A stretch of DNA of 64,000 nucleotides. Origin: Dehalococcoidia bacterium (GTDB lineage: Bacteria; Chloroflexota; Dehalococcoidia; UBA2979). The notes under the pieces were generated by a model that ran no database searches, had not been told where the DNA came from, and saw nothing but the letters and a program-made list of their open reading frames with translations. Both the position numbers and the translations under genes were made by a program. Shown here in pieces: positions 1-10,229 of this stretch. Each line of letters begins with the position of its first letter. Within the stretch, counting starts at the first letter, position 1. Location: the NCBI GenBank assembly GCA_964291495.2, contig OZ219872.1:64001-128000 (forward strand). The letters are read 5' to 3'.

Positions 1-1375
1 CGGCGTCCTCGATGTTCGCCTCTCGCAGGATCAGCGCGATCGGCACGTGGTGCTGCTGCGCGACGCGGTCGAGCTCGTCGGCGGTCAGTTCCAGCTGGTG
101 TCGTCGAGCGTCGCGCGAGTGGTCCTGGCCGGGGTGCCAGCGCGTCCCGACGGTGGTGAAGATCAGGTCCGTCGTGGGCGAGCCCGCGATCAGGTCGAAG
201 GCGCGGCGCGTGAGGCCGGTGTCGCTGCGGAAGTCCATCGGGTGGTCGCGCCCGAAGTTAGCGTCGACGGGGTTGCGCACGCTGGTGCCGGCGATCGGGA
301 TGAACTCGTGCAGCCTGTCCTGCACCTCGTCCGGCAGCGGCGGGACGGTCAGGCCCTCCATCGCCATCTGGTCCGAGGAGAGCACGGCGTAGCCGCCGCC
401 CGCGCCGACCAGCGTGACGTTGCGCCCTCGGGTGTGGCGCAGCTCCGTGGTGGCCGCCACCGCGAGGTCGAGCAGGTCGTCGAGCGTGCGTACGCGCATC
501 GCGCCCGCCTGGCGGCAGAGCGCATCGAAGACGTCGATCGAGCCGGCCAGCGAGCCGGTGTGGGAGCGCGCCGCGCGGGCGCCGTCCTCGGTGATCCCGC
601 CCTTGAGCACGATCGTCGGCTTGACCCGCGCGAGCGCCTTCAGCGCCTCGAAGAAGGCGCGGCCGTCGCGCGGCCCCTCGATGTAGGCGACGACCAGCTC
701 GGTCTGCGGGTCGTGCAGGGCGTAGTCGAAGAAGTCGTGCGCCTTGAGGTCGGCGGCGTTGCCGTAGGAGACGCCCTTGGAGAAGCGCAGCCCGCGCGCG
801 CCCAGCCCGTTGATGATCCCGGTGGCGTTCGCACCCGACTGCGAGAGCAGGAAGACGTTGCCCTCCTCGGTGGGCGACTCGGCGTTGAAGGCAAGGCCGG
901 GCCCGGGAGCGTAGAGGCCCATGCAGTTGGGGCCGATCAGCCGCATCCCGGCGGCGCGGGCCCGCTCGACGAGCTCGCGCTCCTGCTGGATCAGGTCCTC
1001 CTCGCCGGTCTCAGAGAGCCCGGCCGTGAAGAAGTGGAGCGAGCGCACGCCGCGCTGGATGCAGTGCTCGACCAGCTCCTGCACGCCCTCGGACGGAATC
1101 TGCGAGATCACGTGGTCGAGCGGGTCCGGGATCTCGAGGACGGACGGGTAGCAGGGGACGCCACGGACCTCGCTCATCTTCGGGTTGACGGCATAGAGCG
1201 CGTGGTCGCGGTCGTAGCCCTGCTCCAGCAGCGCGTTGAGGAAGTTGCCGCCCATCCGCCCGTCCGGGCCGGGCTGGGTCGAGACCCCGACGACGGCGAC
1301 GCCGCGAGGGCGGAAGATCACGTCGAGGGGATGTGGGTCCGGGCCGGCGCCGTCCTGCGCGTCGGAGTCGCTCAC
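1..1375 (-). CDS. CoA-binding protein, NDP-forming acyl-CoA synthetase alpha-subunit-like (3' end beyond window)
   Basis: Not in the ORF track; translated by hand from GTG at 1375 (AGGAGA RBS upstream): IFRPRGVAVVGVS, YAVNP, GPNCMG, SQSGA, SYGNAAD, YIEG, LKGG, ARSHTGSLAGS (phospho-His loop), RNPVD. Paralog of 26095-27612. Confidence 0.9.
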   Translation of the reverse strand, partial: MSDSDAQDGAGPDPHPLDVIFRPRGVAVVGVSTQPGPDGRMGGNFLNALLEQGYDRDHALYAVNPKMSEVRGVPCYPSVLEIPDPLDHVISQIPSEGVQELVEHCIQRGVRSLHFFTAGLSETGEEDLIQQERELVERARAAGMRLIGPNCMGLYAPGPGLAFNAESPTEEGNVFLLSQSGANATGIINGLGARGLRFSKGVSYGNAADLKAHDFFDYALHDPQTELVVAYIEGPRDGRAFFEALKALARVKPTIVLKGGITEDGARAARSHTGSLAGSIDVFDALCRQAGAMRVRTLDDLLDLAVAATTELRHTRGRNVTLVGAGGGYAVLSSDQMAMEGLTVPPLPDEVQDRLHEFIPIAGTSVRNPVDANFGRDHPMDFRSDTGLTRRAFDLIAGSPTTDLIFTTVGTRWHPGQDHSRDARRHQLELTADELDRVAQQHHVPIALILREANIEDA

Positions 1376-1496
1376 GGGAATCTCCTGCCCCTTCCGGAGG
1401 TTGCGGCGGGCGTCCGGCGACCGCACCGCGCCGATTCTAGGGCGGCGCGCGCTCAGGCACGAGGCGGATGCGCGCGCGGCGTGGCACGATGCGCCG

Positions 1497-2795
1497 ATGC
1501 CGCGTCTCTTCTACGGCTGGTACATCGCGATCGCCGGGTCAGCGAACAACTTCCTGGTGCTCGGCTTCGTCATGATCGGAGCGAGCATCTTCATCGAGCC
1601 GATTCGCGACGAGCTGGGCTGGAGCGTCTCGGCGATCGCCTTCGGGTTCTCGCTGCGCAGCTTCGAGCAGGGCCTGCTGGCGCCCCTCACGGGGATGGTG
1701 ATCGACATCGTCGGGGCGCGGCGCATGGCCTTCGCGGGCGCGGTCTTCATCTCGGCCGGCCTGCTGATCTTCGCGCAGTCGCAGGAGCTCTGGCACTACT
1801 ACCTGGCGAGCATCGTGATGTCGTTCGGGCTCAGCATCGGCTCGGGCGCGGCCTTCCCCGCCGCGATCATGAAGTGGTTCGAGGCCAAGCGGGGCCGGGC
1901 GACCGGCGTGATGAACGCCGGGAACGCGGCGGCCTGGTTCGCGGCGCCCGTGCTTGCGCTGCTCGTCGAATCGATCGGCTGGCGCGGAACCGTCACGGTC
2001 GGCGCGATCGCGATCTTCATCGCCGGCATGATCAGCGCCTACGTCGTGCGCGATCGCCCCGAGGACCTCGGCATGACGGCGGACGGCGCGACCGCGCGCC
2101 GCTCGCAGTCCAGCCTCGCGATCTCCGAGGGCGGCCTGAGCGCGAAGGAGGCGTTGCGCACGCCCGCGCTCTACCTGCTCGCGGTCGCCTCGGCGCTCGG
2201 TGTGGCGGTGCTCATCATCTGGACGATCTTCCTGGTGCCGCACCTCCAGTCGGTTGGATTCTCGCTTCGCGCGGCGGCGATCATCACGGGTCTGTACGGG
2301 GCGTGCCAGCTGGTGCTGCGGGTCTCCGCGGGGTGGGTCGGTGACCGCTTCGGACGTCGCCGCGTCTTCACGCTCTCGTTCGCCGCGATGGGCATCGGGT
2401 TCCTGGCCTTCACGAACGTGAGCCCGGACCGCCTCTGGCTCCTGCCGATCTACTACCTCTCGTTTGGCTTCGGCCACGCCGCCTGGCTGGTGTTGCAGAT
2501 GGCCGTCATCGCCGACTACTTCGGGACGCGCCGCTTCGCGACCGTGCGCGGCCTGGTCTCGATGCTGCAGATGCCGATGAACGTGGCAGCCCCGCTGATC
2601 GCGGGCTGGTCGTTCGACATGACCGGGAGCTACCAGACGGTGTTCACGGTCTTCGCGTTCGGCACGTTCGCGGGCATGGTCGCGGTCATGCTGATCCGCC
2701 GCCCTGCCTGGGCCGACCTCCCCGCCTCGAGGGCGCCTCGGGGCTCTCCGGCGAGCGACGGCGAGTCCAGCGACACTCCGTCCAACGACAGCTAG
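1497..2795 (+). CDS. MFS transporter (OFA/MCT-like)
   Basis: Starts MPRLFYGWYI; about 12 hydrophobic segments; motif-A-like GMVIDIVGARR and GWVGDRFGRRR; WFEAKRGRATG. Confidence 0.9.
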   Translation: MPRLFYGWYIAIAGSANNFLVLGFVMIGASIFIEPIRDELGWSVSAIAFGFSLRSFEQGLLAPLTGMVIDIVGARRMAFAGAVFISAGLLIFAQSQELWHYYLASIVMSFGLSIGSGAAFPAAIMKWFEAKRGRATGVMNAGNAAAWFAAPVLALLVESIGWRGTVTVGAIAIFIAGMISAYVVRDRPEDLGMTADGATARRSQSSLAISEGGLSAKEALRTPALYLLAVASALGVAVLIIWTIFLVPHLQSVGFSLRAAAIITGLYGACQLVLRVSAGWVGDRFGRRRVFTLSFAAMGIGFLAFTNVSPDRLWLLPIYYLSFGFGHAAWLVLQMAVIADYFGTRRFATVRGLVSMLQMPMNVAAPLIAGWSFDMTGSYQTVFTVFAFGTFAGMVAVMLIRRPAWADLPASRAPRGSPASDGESSDTPSNDS

Positions 2796-3940
2796 TCCAG
2801 GGGGTCTGGCCCCAGGTCGTGGTCGACCAGCAGGTCGGCGAGCCGCCGCCGGTGGTAGCGAGGGCTGCCGAGCTGGTGGTAGAGCGATCGCGAGAGCGTC
2901 GTGTAGAGCGTCAGCCCGTACTCGTGCATCACGCCGACGCCGGCATGGACCTCGTGCGAGTAGTTGACCGCGTGCACGAAGCCCTCGCTCGTCACCGCCT
3001 TCGCGAGGTGTGAGGCCACCTCGAATCCGGGTTTGCCGGAGTCGTGCCGCCACAGCGACTCGTAGGTGGTCCAGCGCGAGGCGTCGACGTGGTTAACGAG
3101 CTGGATGATGTGGTTCTGGACGTGCTGGAAGCGCCCGATCGGCTGCCCGAACTGGCGGCGCTCGCGGCTGTAGTCCACCGCCATCTCGAACGCCGCCTGG
3201 CCGCCGCCGACCTGGTAGGCGGAGAGCACCGGCGCCGCCTTCGTGAGCGCCCGGTCGAGCGCCTCCCCGACCGCGCCGCCATCGCCGAGCGCCGCCGAGG
3301 CGGGGACGCGCACGTTCTCGAAGCGCACGACGCACTCGGAGCCCGTGAAGCCCGCGAGCCGGCGCACCGAGACGCCGGGCGCCGACGCGTCGACGACGAG
3401 CAGCGTGAGTGCGCCGTCGTCGCCCGTGCGCACGGCGGTGATCAGGTGCGTCGCGCCGATCGCGTCGTGCACGAACAGCTTGACGCCGTCCAGCACGTAG
3501 TCGCCGTTGCGCGAGGCCGCTCGCATGTGCACGCCCTCGGGGCCCCAGCCGTAGCCGGGCTCCGTGAACGCGAGCACGGCGATCGCCTGGCCGCTTCCGA
3601 TGCGTGGCAGCAGCTCGGCGCGCTGCTCCTCGCTGCCCGCCTCTTCGACGATTAGCGCCGAGACGACGCCGGAGGAGATGAACGGGCCCGGCAGCGCCGC
3701 GTAACCGAAGGCCTCGAAGAGCACGGCGGCGTCCGTCAAACCGAGGCCCGCGCCGCCGTACTGTTCCGGGATCGCGGCGCCCAGCCAGCCGAGCTCGGCG
3801 ACGCGCGCGTAGTGCTCCGGCGAGTAGCCGAGCTCGCTCTCGGCGAGCTCGATCACGGCCTCGAGCGGCGCCTCGCGGGCGACGAAGTCCTCGACGCCCT
3901 GCTTGAGGAGTTGCTGCTCTTCGCTGAGGGAGAGGTCCAC
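2792..3940 (-). CDS. acyl-CoA dehydrogenase family protein (FadE27-like short partner subunit)
   Basis: MDLSLSEEQQLL, ELGWLG, PEQYGGAG, LDGVKLFV, RRQFGQPIGRFQHVQ, HAGVG. Confidence 0.9.
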   Translation of the reverse strand: MDLSLSEEQQLLKQGVEDFVAREAPLEAVIELAESELGYSPEHYARVAELGWLGAAIPEQYGGAGLGLTDAAVLFEAFGYAALPGPFISSGVVSALIVEEAGSEEQRAELLPRIGSGQAIAVLAFTEPGYGWGPEGVHMRAASRNGDYVLDGVKLFVHDAIGATHLITAVRTGDDGALTLLVVDASAPGVSVRRLAGFTGSECVVRFENVRVPASAALGDGGAVGEALDRALTKAAPVLSAYQVGGGQAAFEMAVDYSRERRQFGQPIGRFQHVQNHIIQLVNHVDASRWTTYESLWRHDSGKPGFEVASHLAKAVTSEGFVHAVNYSHEVHAGVGVMHEYGLTLYTTLSRSLYHQLGSPRYHRRRLADLLVDHDLGPDPLD

Positions 3941-3947
3941 GGCGGGC

Positions 3948-5165
3948 CTACTCGACCGTGCGGCCGGCGCGCTCGCGCTCGCCGCGCCCGATGCCGATTC
4001 GGCGGGCCATGATCACCTTCTGGATATCCGCCGTCCCGCCCGGATGCAGCGAGACGATCGCGTTGCGCAGGTAGGAGTCGAAGCGCCCGCCGGTGGGGTC
4101 GAACTCGGCGTCGTTGAGCTGGGCGTAGGGGCCGAGCAGTTCGAGCATGATCTGCGAGGCGCGGAGGCCGCTCATCTTGCGGTAGTACGAGGCCTGCGGG
4201 CCCTCGTAGCTCATGTCCTGGTGGGTGCGGTTCATCCAGAAGTTGCGCAGCTCGAACAGGCGCTGCACCTCGGTCTCCATGAACAGATCGGCGAGCAACC
4301 CGCGCGTCTCCGCGTCCTCAAGCGGGTGGGCGCCGTTCGCGGGCAGCGAGCGCAGGCGGTCGCGCGTGCGCTCGAACCAGACGTTGCGCGCGATCCGCCC
4401 GCCCGAGCCGTGCTCCAGCTCGAGGTGCGTACTGGCGACCTTCCAGCCGTTGTTCTCGCCGCCCACGAGGTTCTCCGCGGGCACGCGCACGTTGTCGAAG
4501 TAGATCGTGTTCTTGTAGCCGCGGCCGATGCCCTCGCGGCCGTCGCTGAGCAGGTACATGCGCTCGACGGTGATGCCCGGCAAGTCCGAGGGGATCATGA
4601 ACCAGCTCACGTTCTGGTGGCGCGCTCCCTCACGGTCCGTGCGGCAGATCGTCCAGAACGAATCGGCCCCGTGCGAGCCGCCGATGAAGACCTTGGTGCC
4701 GTTGATGACGTACTCGTCGCCGTCGCGCTCGGCGTCGGTCTCGGTGGAGGCGAGGTCGGAGCCGGCCTCGGGGCCGGTCAGGAGCTGCCAGGTGACCGTC
4801 TCGCCGCGGAAGATCGGGGGCAGGAGGCGGCGCTTCTGCTCCTCGCTGCCCCAGACGAGGATGCTCGCGCCACCGAGGCTGCCGCCGCTGTCGTAGTAGG
4901 GCGGGCTCGTCAGGTCGTGGCGATCCATCTCCTCGGCGAGCACGATCGCGTGGTCGACGGAGAGGCCGCCGCCGCCGTACTCGAGCGGCGCGGTCGGTCG
5001 CAGCCAGCCGCGCGCGCCGAGGTCGCGTCCGAGCTGGCGGTACTTCGCGTAGTTCTCGTCGGAGTCCTGGTCGCCCTCGACCTGCGGGACGTGATCGTCG
5101 AGCCAGGCGCGCACCTCGGCGCGGAAGGCGCGCTGCTCGGGAGTGTAGGCGGGCTCGAAGTCCAC
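3948..5165 (-). CDS. acyl-CoA dehydrogenase family protein (FadE26-like partner subunit)
   Basis: FRAEVRAWL, PEAGSDLAS, YVINGTKVF, FDNVRVP..NLVGGENNGW, GGTADIQK..MARR. Confidence 0.9.
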   Translation of the reverse strand: MDFEPAYTPEQRAFRAEVRAWLDDHVPQVEGDQDSDENYAKYRQLGRDLGARGWLRPTAPLEYGGGGLSVDHAIVLAEEMDRHDLTSPPYYDSGGSLGGASILVWGSEEQKRRLLPPIFRGETVTWQLLTGPEAGSDLASTETDAERDGDEYVINGTKVFIGGSHGADSFWTICRTDREGARHQNVSWFMIPSDLPGITVERMYLLSDGREGIGRGYKNTIYFDNVRVPAENLVGGENNGWKVASTHLELEHGSGGRIARNVWFERTRDRLRSLPANGAHPLEDAETRGLLADLFMETEVQRLFELRNFWMNRTHQDMSYEGPQASYYRKMSGLRASQIMLELLGPYAQLNDAEFDPTGGRFDSYLRNAIVSLHPGGTADIQKVIMARRIGIGRGERERAGRTVE

Positions 5166-5322
5166 GGGCGCCTCCTCGCTGCGCCGCGAGCGTAGGCACG
5201 GGAGCGGTGGTGGTCAACGCGAAGCGGCCTAGTCGGCGGCGGCGACATCCACGATACCCGAGCCACGACCGCGTTCGCCCGCCTTCCCGCGTTCGTACAC
5301 GCTCGGTGGTACCGTAACCGCG

Positions 5323-6207
5323 ATGCCCGACCCCACACCCGACGAGGCACGCCGCACGCTGCGCCCGAGCGAGGCGGAGGCGCTCGCCGCCTGGCGCACG
5401 CTGCACCATGCAGCCAACGGGCAGGGCGAGCGCATGCGCGAGGAGAGCCCGCCCGACGACGAGTGGGGCGCGATGGCCGACATCTTCGCGCCTGGCCCGG
5501 ACGCCTACCCCGCTCCCGAGCTGCCGCTGCTGGAGGCGCTCGCGAGACCCGAGGACCACTGGCTCGAGGTCGGCGCCGGCGCGGGGCGCCTCGCGATCCC
5601 GCTCGCCCGCCGCGTGCGGCGGATGACCGCCGTCGACCGCTCGCCGGGCATGACGGCGCGGCTGCGCGACGAGGCCGCCGCCTCCGGCCTCGACAACATC
5701 GAGGTGCTGCCGGCGATGGGCTGGCCGCCCGCGGGCGTACCCGGCGAGGCCGCGCCGATCGTCGACGTCGCGCTCTCGGCGAGCGTGCTCTTCTTCGTCG
5801 AGGAGGTCGGCGCCTTCCTCGACGCGCTCGAGGCGCACGCGCGGCGGCTCTGCGTGATCGTGCTGATGGACCACATGCCGGGCACGCCGCTGGAGCCGCT
5901 CTGGTCCGCGCTGCACGACGAGCCGGTCGCCGAGCTGCCCGCGCTGCGCGAGTTCCTCGCGGTCCTCGGCGCGCGGGGGCGAGCCTTCGACCTGACCACC
6001 ACCCCGCCGCCACCTCCGCCTCCGCTGCCGCGTGACGAGGTGATCGACTCGTTCCGGCGCCGCTACTTCGTCGCCCGGGGCTCGGCGCGCGAGCAACGCA
6101 TGCGCGAGCTGCTGGCGGAGCGCCATGCCGGCGACGACGGTCTGGTGACGCTGCCGCTCCCGTTCGCGCAGACCGCCGTGGTCAGCTGGGAGCCTCCCGC
6201 CTCCTGA
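5323..6207 (+). CDS. class I SAM-dependent methyltransferase
   Basis: Motif I LEVGAGAGR, followed by AVDRSPGM. Confidence 0.8.
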   Translation: MPDPTPDEARRTLRPSEAEALAAWRTLHHAANGQGERMREESPPDDEWGAMADIFAPGPDAYPAPELPLLEALARPEDHWLEVGAGAGRLAIPLARRVRRMTAVDRSPGMTARLRDEAAASGLDNIEVLPAMGWPPAGVPGEAAPIVDVALSASVLFFVEEVGAFLDALEAHARRLCVIVLMDHMPGTPLEPLWSALHDEPVAELPALREFLAVLGARGRAFDLTTTPPPPPPPLPRDEVIDSFRRRYFVARGSAREQRMRELLAERHAGDDGLVTLPLPFAQTAVVSWEPPAS

Positions 6208-6271
6208 CGTCCGAGCGCCCCGGGGCGCGGCGGCGCTATGCCGCTCGCGCCCGATGCGTCACGATGCGCGC

Positions 6272-7573
6272 ATGACCCAGACCCGCGAGCGCACCGAGGC
6301 CGCGCCAACGCCTGTCTCCGTCGACGACATCGTCGCGGGCGGGTCGCGGCGTTTCCGCACGCTCGACTCGTTCCGCATCGTCAGCTTCCGCTGGTTCTTC
6401 ACATCGATGTTCGCGGGCTTCGCGGCGATGGGTGTGCAGATGTTCGTGGCCGGGTGGCTGACCTTCGAGCTCACCGGGTCGTTCGCGGCGCTCGGGGTGC
6501 TGCACCTCGCCGGTGGGATCACCGGCCTGCTGACGGCGCTGCCGGGGGGAGTCCTCGCGGACAAGGTCAAGCACCGCAAGCGCTTCATCCAGACCGGGCA
6601 GGCCGGCGGAGCGATTGCCTCGCTGGCGATGGCGCTGCTCGTCGCGAGCGGCGACGTGCAGTTCTGGCAGATCGCTGTCGGCTCCGCGCTGATCGCCGGG
6701 TCGCACACCCTCACGATGCCGGCGCGACAGGCGCTCACGCCCTCGGTCGTGGGGATGAAGCACCTGACGAACGCGATGGCGCTCTACACCACGGGGCAGA
6801 ACGCCTCGTTCTTGCTCATGCCCGCGCTCGCCGGCTGGATGATCGGCGCGCTCGGACCCGAGGGCAGCATCGCGGGCACGCAGTACGTCTACTACCTGAT
6901 GACCGCGTTCTACCTGGGCGCCCTGCTGCTCCTGATCCCGGTCGAGATCGGCCCGAGGGCCGCCGCCGCGCCATCGCGCGCCCTGGGCCAGCTCGCCGAC
7001 GGGCTGCGCTACGTGGCGCGCGACGACGTCATGCGGCCACTGCTGATCTACAACGGCGCCGTCGCGCTCTTCTGGATGACCTACATGACCCTGCTGCCGG
7101 GCTACGCCAAGGAGGTGCTCGGCGTCGGCGCGAGCGCCCTGGGAGTGCTGCTCAGCATGGGCGGACTGGGCGCAGTCGGGGGCTCGCTGGTCGTCGCCTC
7201 GATCCCCGGCGGTCAGCGCGGGCGCGTCTGGATGTTCAGCGTCGTCGTGATCGGCGTCGCGATGCTCGTCTTCGCCGTGAACACGCACTACTGGGTCGCC
7301 CTCGTCTGCGCCGTCGCGATCGGCATCGGGCAGGCCGGCTACCTTTCGCTCGGGAGCGTGCTGTTGCAGGCCTACACGGACGAAGACTTCCGAGGGCGCG
7401 CGCTGAGCGTCTACATGATGCAGTACGGGCTGATGTCGCTTGGCACGCTGCTCGTCAGCCTCATCGCGAACGCGATCGGCCCGCAGATCGCCGTCGGCCT
7501 CGCCTCCCTCGCGCTGCTCGCCATCACCGCCGCCCAGTTCATCGCACGCACGCCGCTCAGCCGCCTGCGCTGA
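6272..7573 (+). CDS. MFS transporter (MFS_3/EntS-like)
   Basis: FRWFF, PGGVLADKV, MPARQALTPSVV..LTNAMAL, FRGRALS; about 12 TM segments; start placed at ATG 6272. Confidence 0.88.
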   Translation: MTQTRERTEAAPTPVSVDDIVAGGSRRFRTLDSFRIVSFRWFFTSMFAGFAAMGVQMFVAGWLTFELTGSFAALGVLHLAGGITGLLTALPGGVLADKVKHRKRFIQTGQAGGAIASLAMALLVASGDVQFWQIAVGSALIAGSHTLTMPARQALTPSVVGMKHLTNAMALYTTGQNASFLLMPALAGWMIGALGPEGSIAGTQYVYYLMTAFYLGALLLLIPVEIGPRAAAAPSRALGQLADGLRYVARDDVMRPLLIYNGAVALFWMTYMTLLPGYAKEVLGVGASALGVLLSMGGLGAVGGSLVVASIPGGQRGRVWMFSVVVIGVAMLVFAVNTHYWVALVCAVAIGIGQAGYLSLGSVLLQAYTDEDFRGRALSVYMMQYGLMSLGTLLVSLIANAIGPQIAVGLASLALLAITAAQFIARTPLSRLR

Positions 7574-7592
7574 CGGCGGGGAGGAGGGCCCC

Positions 7593-8993
7593 GTGCCCGC
7601 ACCCGATGCCATCGAGGCACCCGACCCGCAGCCCTTCGAGCTGACGATCGCCGAGGCGGCAGCCGCGCTGCGCGACGGCTCGCTGACGGCGGCCGCGCTG
7701 ACCGAGTCCGTCCTCGCGCGCATCGAGGAGACCGAGCCCGCGCTCAACGCCTACGTGCTCGTCACGGCGGACCTCGCGCGCGAGCAGGCGGCGCGCGCCG
7801 ACGCGGAGCTGGCGAGCGGCGTCGATCGCGGGCCGTTGCACGGCATCCCGTTCGCGCTCAAGGATCTGTTCGACACCGCCGGCATCGTGACCACGGCCGG
7901 TTCCGGCTTCCTCCGCGATCGCGTCCCCGGGGAGGATGCGTTCGTCGTCGCGAAGCTGTACGAGGCGGGCATGGTCCTCACGGGCAAGCTCGGCATGCAC
8001 GAGTTCGCCTTCGGCACCACCAGCGACAACGCGCACTTCGGGACGATTCGCAACCCATGGAACACCGACTACACGCCGGGCGGCAGCAGCGGCGGCAGCG
8101 GTGCGGCGGCGGCGGCCGGGTCCGCCCTCGGCACGCTCGGCAGCGACACCGGCGGCTCGATCCGCATCCCTGCCGCCGCCTGCGGCGTCGCCGGCCTGAA
8201 GCCGACGCGCGGGCTGGTGAGCCGCAGCGGCGTCGTCCCGCTCTCGCACACGCTCGACCACGCGGGCCCGCTGACGAAGAGCGTCGAGGACTCGGCGCTG
8301 ATCCTGAACGCCATCGCCGGGTACGACCCCGCCGACTCGCAATCCCTGGAACGCCCACCCGAGGACTTCACGCGCGAGCTCGGCCGCGACCTCGCCGGGC
8401 TGCGCCTTGGCGTGCCACGCGACCCGATGTGGGCGAACTGCGCCGACGAGGTGGTAGCCGTCTGCGAGGCGGCCCTCGATGAGTTGCGCGCGCTCGGCGC
8501 CGAGACGGTCGAGGTCGAACTGCCGAGCTTCGCCGCCTCGAGGCGGCTGGTGATCAGCCCGGTCGAGGGCGCCGCGTTCCACGAACCGTGGCTCCGCGAC
8601 CATCCCGAGCGGTACAGCGACGAGGTCCGCGGGAAGATCGCGGCCGGCCTCGACCGCTCGGCGATCGAGTACGTCCGCGATCTTCAGACGCGCGCGGCGA
8701 TCGAGCGCGAGTTGCTCGCTGTGTTGGGGACGGTCGACCTGCTGGTCTCGCCCACGCTCCGGCGCACCGTGCCGACGGTGGCCGAGGGCGACCCCGAATC
8801 GATCCTCGCGAGCAACACGCGGGCCTACAACCTCTCCGGCCTGCCCGCGGTCAGCGTGCCCTGCGGCCTCGATGGCAACGGGCTGCCGGTCGGGTTGATG
8901 ATCGCCGGGCGCCCCTTCGCGGAGGCGACCGTCTGCCGCGCCGCTCACGCCTGCGAGCAGGCGACGGGCTGGCCGCGCCGCCCGCCGCTCTAG
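7593..8993 (+). CDS. amidase signature family protein
   Basis: GPLHGIPFALKD, RNPWN, PGGSSGGSGAA, GSDTGGSIRIPA, GLKPT; GTG start after a GAGGAGG RBS. Confidence 0.92.
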   Translation: MPAPDAIEAPDPQPFELTIAEAAAALRDGSLTAAALTESVLARIEETEPALNAYVLVTADLAREQAARADAELASGVDRGPLHGIPFALKDLFDTAGIVTTAGSGFLRDRVPGEDAFVVAKLYEAGMVLTGKLGMHEFAFGTTSDNAHFGTIRNPWNTDYTPGGSSGGSGAAAAAGSALGTLGSDTGGSIRIPAAACGVAGLKPTRGLVSRSGVVPLSHTLDHAGPLTKSVEDSALILNAIAGYDPADSQSLERPPEDFTRELGRDLAGLRLGVPRDPMWANCADEVVAVCEAALDELRALGAETVEVELPSFAASRRLVISPVEGAAFHEPWLRDHPERYSDEVRGKIAAGLDRSAIEYVRDLQTRAAIERELLAVLGTVDLLVSPTLRRTVPTVAEGDPESILASNTRAYNLSGLPAVSVPCGLDGNGLPVGLMIAGRPFAEATVCRAAHACEQATGWPRRPPL

Positions 8994-9021
8994 CGCGCGG
9001 CTGCCTCCGCGAGTCGGGGGC

Positions 9022-10125
9022 TCAGGCCGGCAGCGGCTCGCCCGCGAGGATCGCGCGCGCCTCGGAGACCATGTCCTCAACCACCCGGGCGGCCGGGCGG
9101 ATCTCGTCGATCAGGCCCACGCCCTGGCCGGCGGCGACGTTCATGAACTCGTCGACGTGGTGGTCGTCGACCGCCTGCATCAGCTTCGCCATCAGCATCG
9201 GCTGGAGCGGCATACCGAGCGGCTCGGGCGCACCCGGCTGCTCCCAGGCGTCGATCATCTTCGAGCGCAGCCTCGCGGCGGGCTTGCCGGTGAGCGCGCG
9301 GCTCTTCGTCGAGTCCTCGGTCGCGGCGTTGACGAGCTTTTCCTTGAGGTAGGGGTCGATGTGCGACTCCGTGGTCGCCTGCCAGATCGTGCCGCTCCAG
9401 ACGCCGACCGCCCCGAGGGCGAGCGCGGCCACGAGGTGCTCGCCGCGCGTCACGCCCCCCGCCGCGAGGACCGGCGTGTCGTACTCGCGCGCCATCCTCG
9501 CCACCGCCGGGACGAGCGAGAAGGTGCCGATCCGCCCGGAGTGGGCGCCCGAGTCGCCGCCCTGCGCGATGATCAGGTCGACGCCCGCCTCGAACTCGCG
9601 GCGCGCCTGCCGCGTCATGCCGATCAGCCCCCAGACCTTCGTCCCGGCCGCGTGCGCGCGATCGAGGATGACGGCGGGGTTGCCGAGGCCCGAGGCGAAG
9701 ATCGGCACGCGCTCCTCGAGCGTCACGTCGATGTGGTCGCGGGCGCGCTGCAGCAGGTCCGCGCCGACCGAGGGCTGCCACGGCGGGGGCGTGCTCGGGT
9801 CCGGGATCTCGTTGTCGAGCTGCAGGCGCTCCACGAAGTCGCGGTGCCCCTGCGGGATCATCGCCTCGAGGTCCTCGACGTTGCCCTCCTGGAAGGTGGC
9901 GGGCAGCAGCGTGTCGATGCCGAACGGCTTGTCGCCGACCCGGTCGCGGATCCAGCGCACGTCGCGGCGGAACTCGTCCTTCTTGAGCTGCGTGGTGCCG
10001 AGCACGCCGATGCCGCCGGCGTTCGTCACGGCGGCGACGACCTCCTTGGTGTGGCAGAAGGCGACGATCGGGTACTCGCAGCCGTACTCCTCGCAGAGCC
10101 GCGTGCGCAGCGGGTCGTCGCTCAT
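9022..10125 (-). CDS. nitronate monooxygenase / FabK-like FMN oxidoreductase
   Basis: AAVTNAGGIGVLG, KPFGID, IAQGGDSGAHSG, PVLAAGGV, GAVGVWSGT, AGQGVGLI. Confidence 0.88.
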   Translation of the reverse strand: MSDDPLRTRLCEEYGCEYPIVAFCHTKEVVAAVTNAGGIGVLGTTQLKKDEFRRDVRWIRDRVGDKPFGIDTLLPATFQEGNVEDLEAMIPQGHRDFVERLQLDNEIPDPSTPPPWQPSVGADLLQRARDHIDVTLEERVPIFASGLGNPAVILDRAHAAGTKVWGLIGMTRQARREFEAGVDLIIAQGGDSGAHSGRIGTFSLVPAVARMAREYDTPVLAAGGVTRGEHLVAALALGAVGVWSGTIWQATTESHIDPYLKEKLVNAATEDSTKSRALTGKPAARLRSKMIDAWEQPGAPEPLGMPLQPMLMAKLMQAVDDHHVDEFMNVAAGQGVGLIDEIRPAARVVEDMVSEARAILAGEPLPA

Positions 10126-10229
10126 CGCTCACATCCGATCACTTCGCGCCGGGCGCCTCGTGCGCCGCAGGATACGGCGCGGCGCCGAGGCCGTACCAGC
10201 GCCGAGGCGACGCGCCCGGCCGGCCGGGC

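Noticed and set aside
7593-8993. gatA
   Set aside because: No gatB/gatC neighbours and no GatA-specific SNL.R.DG..YG motif; called a generic amidase.
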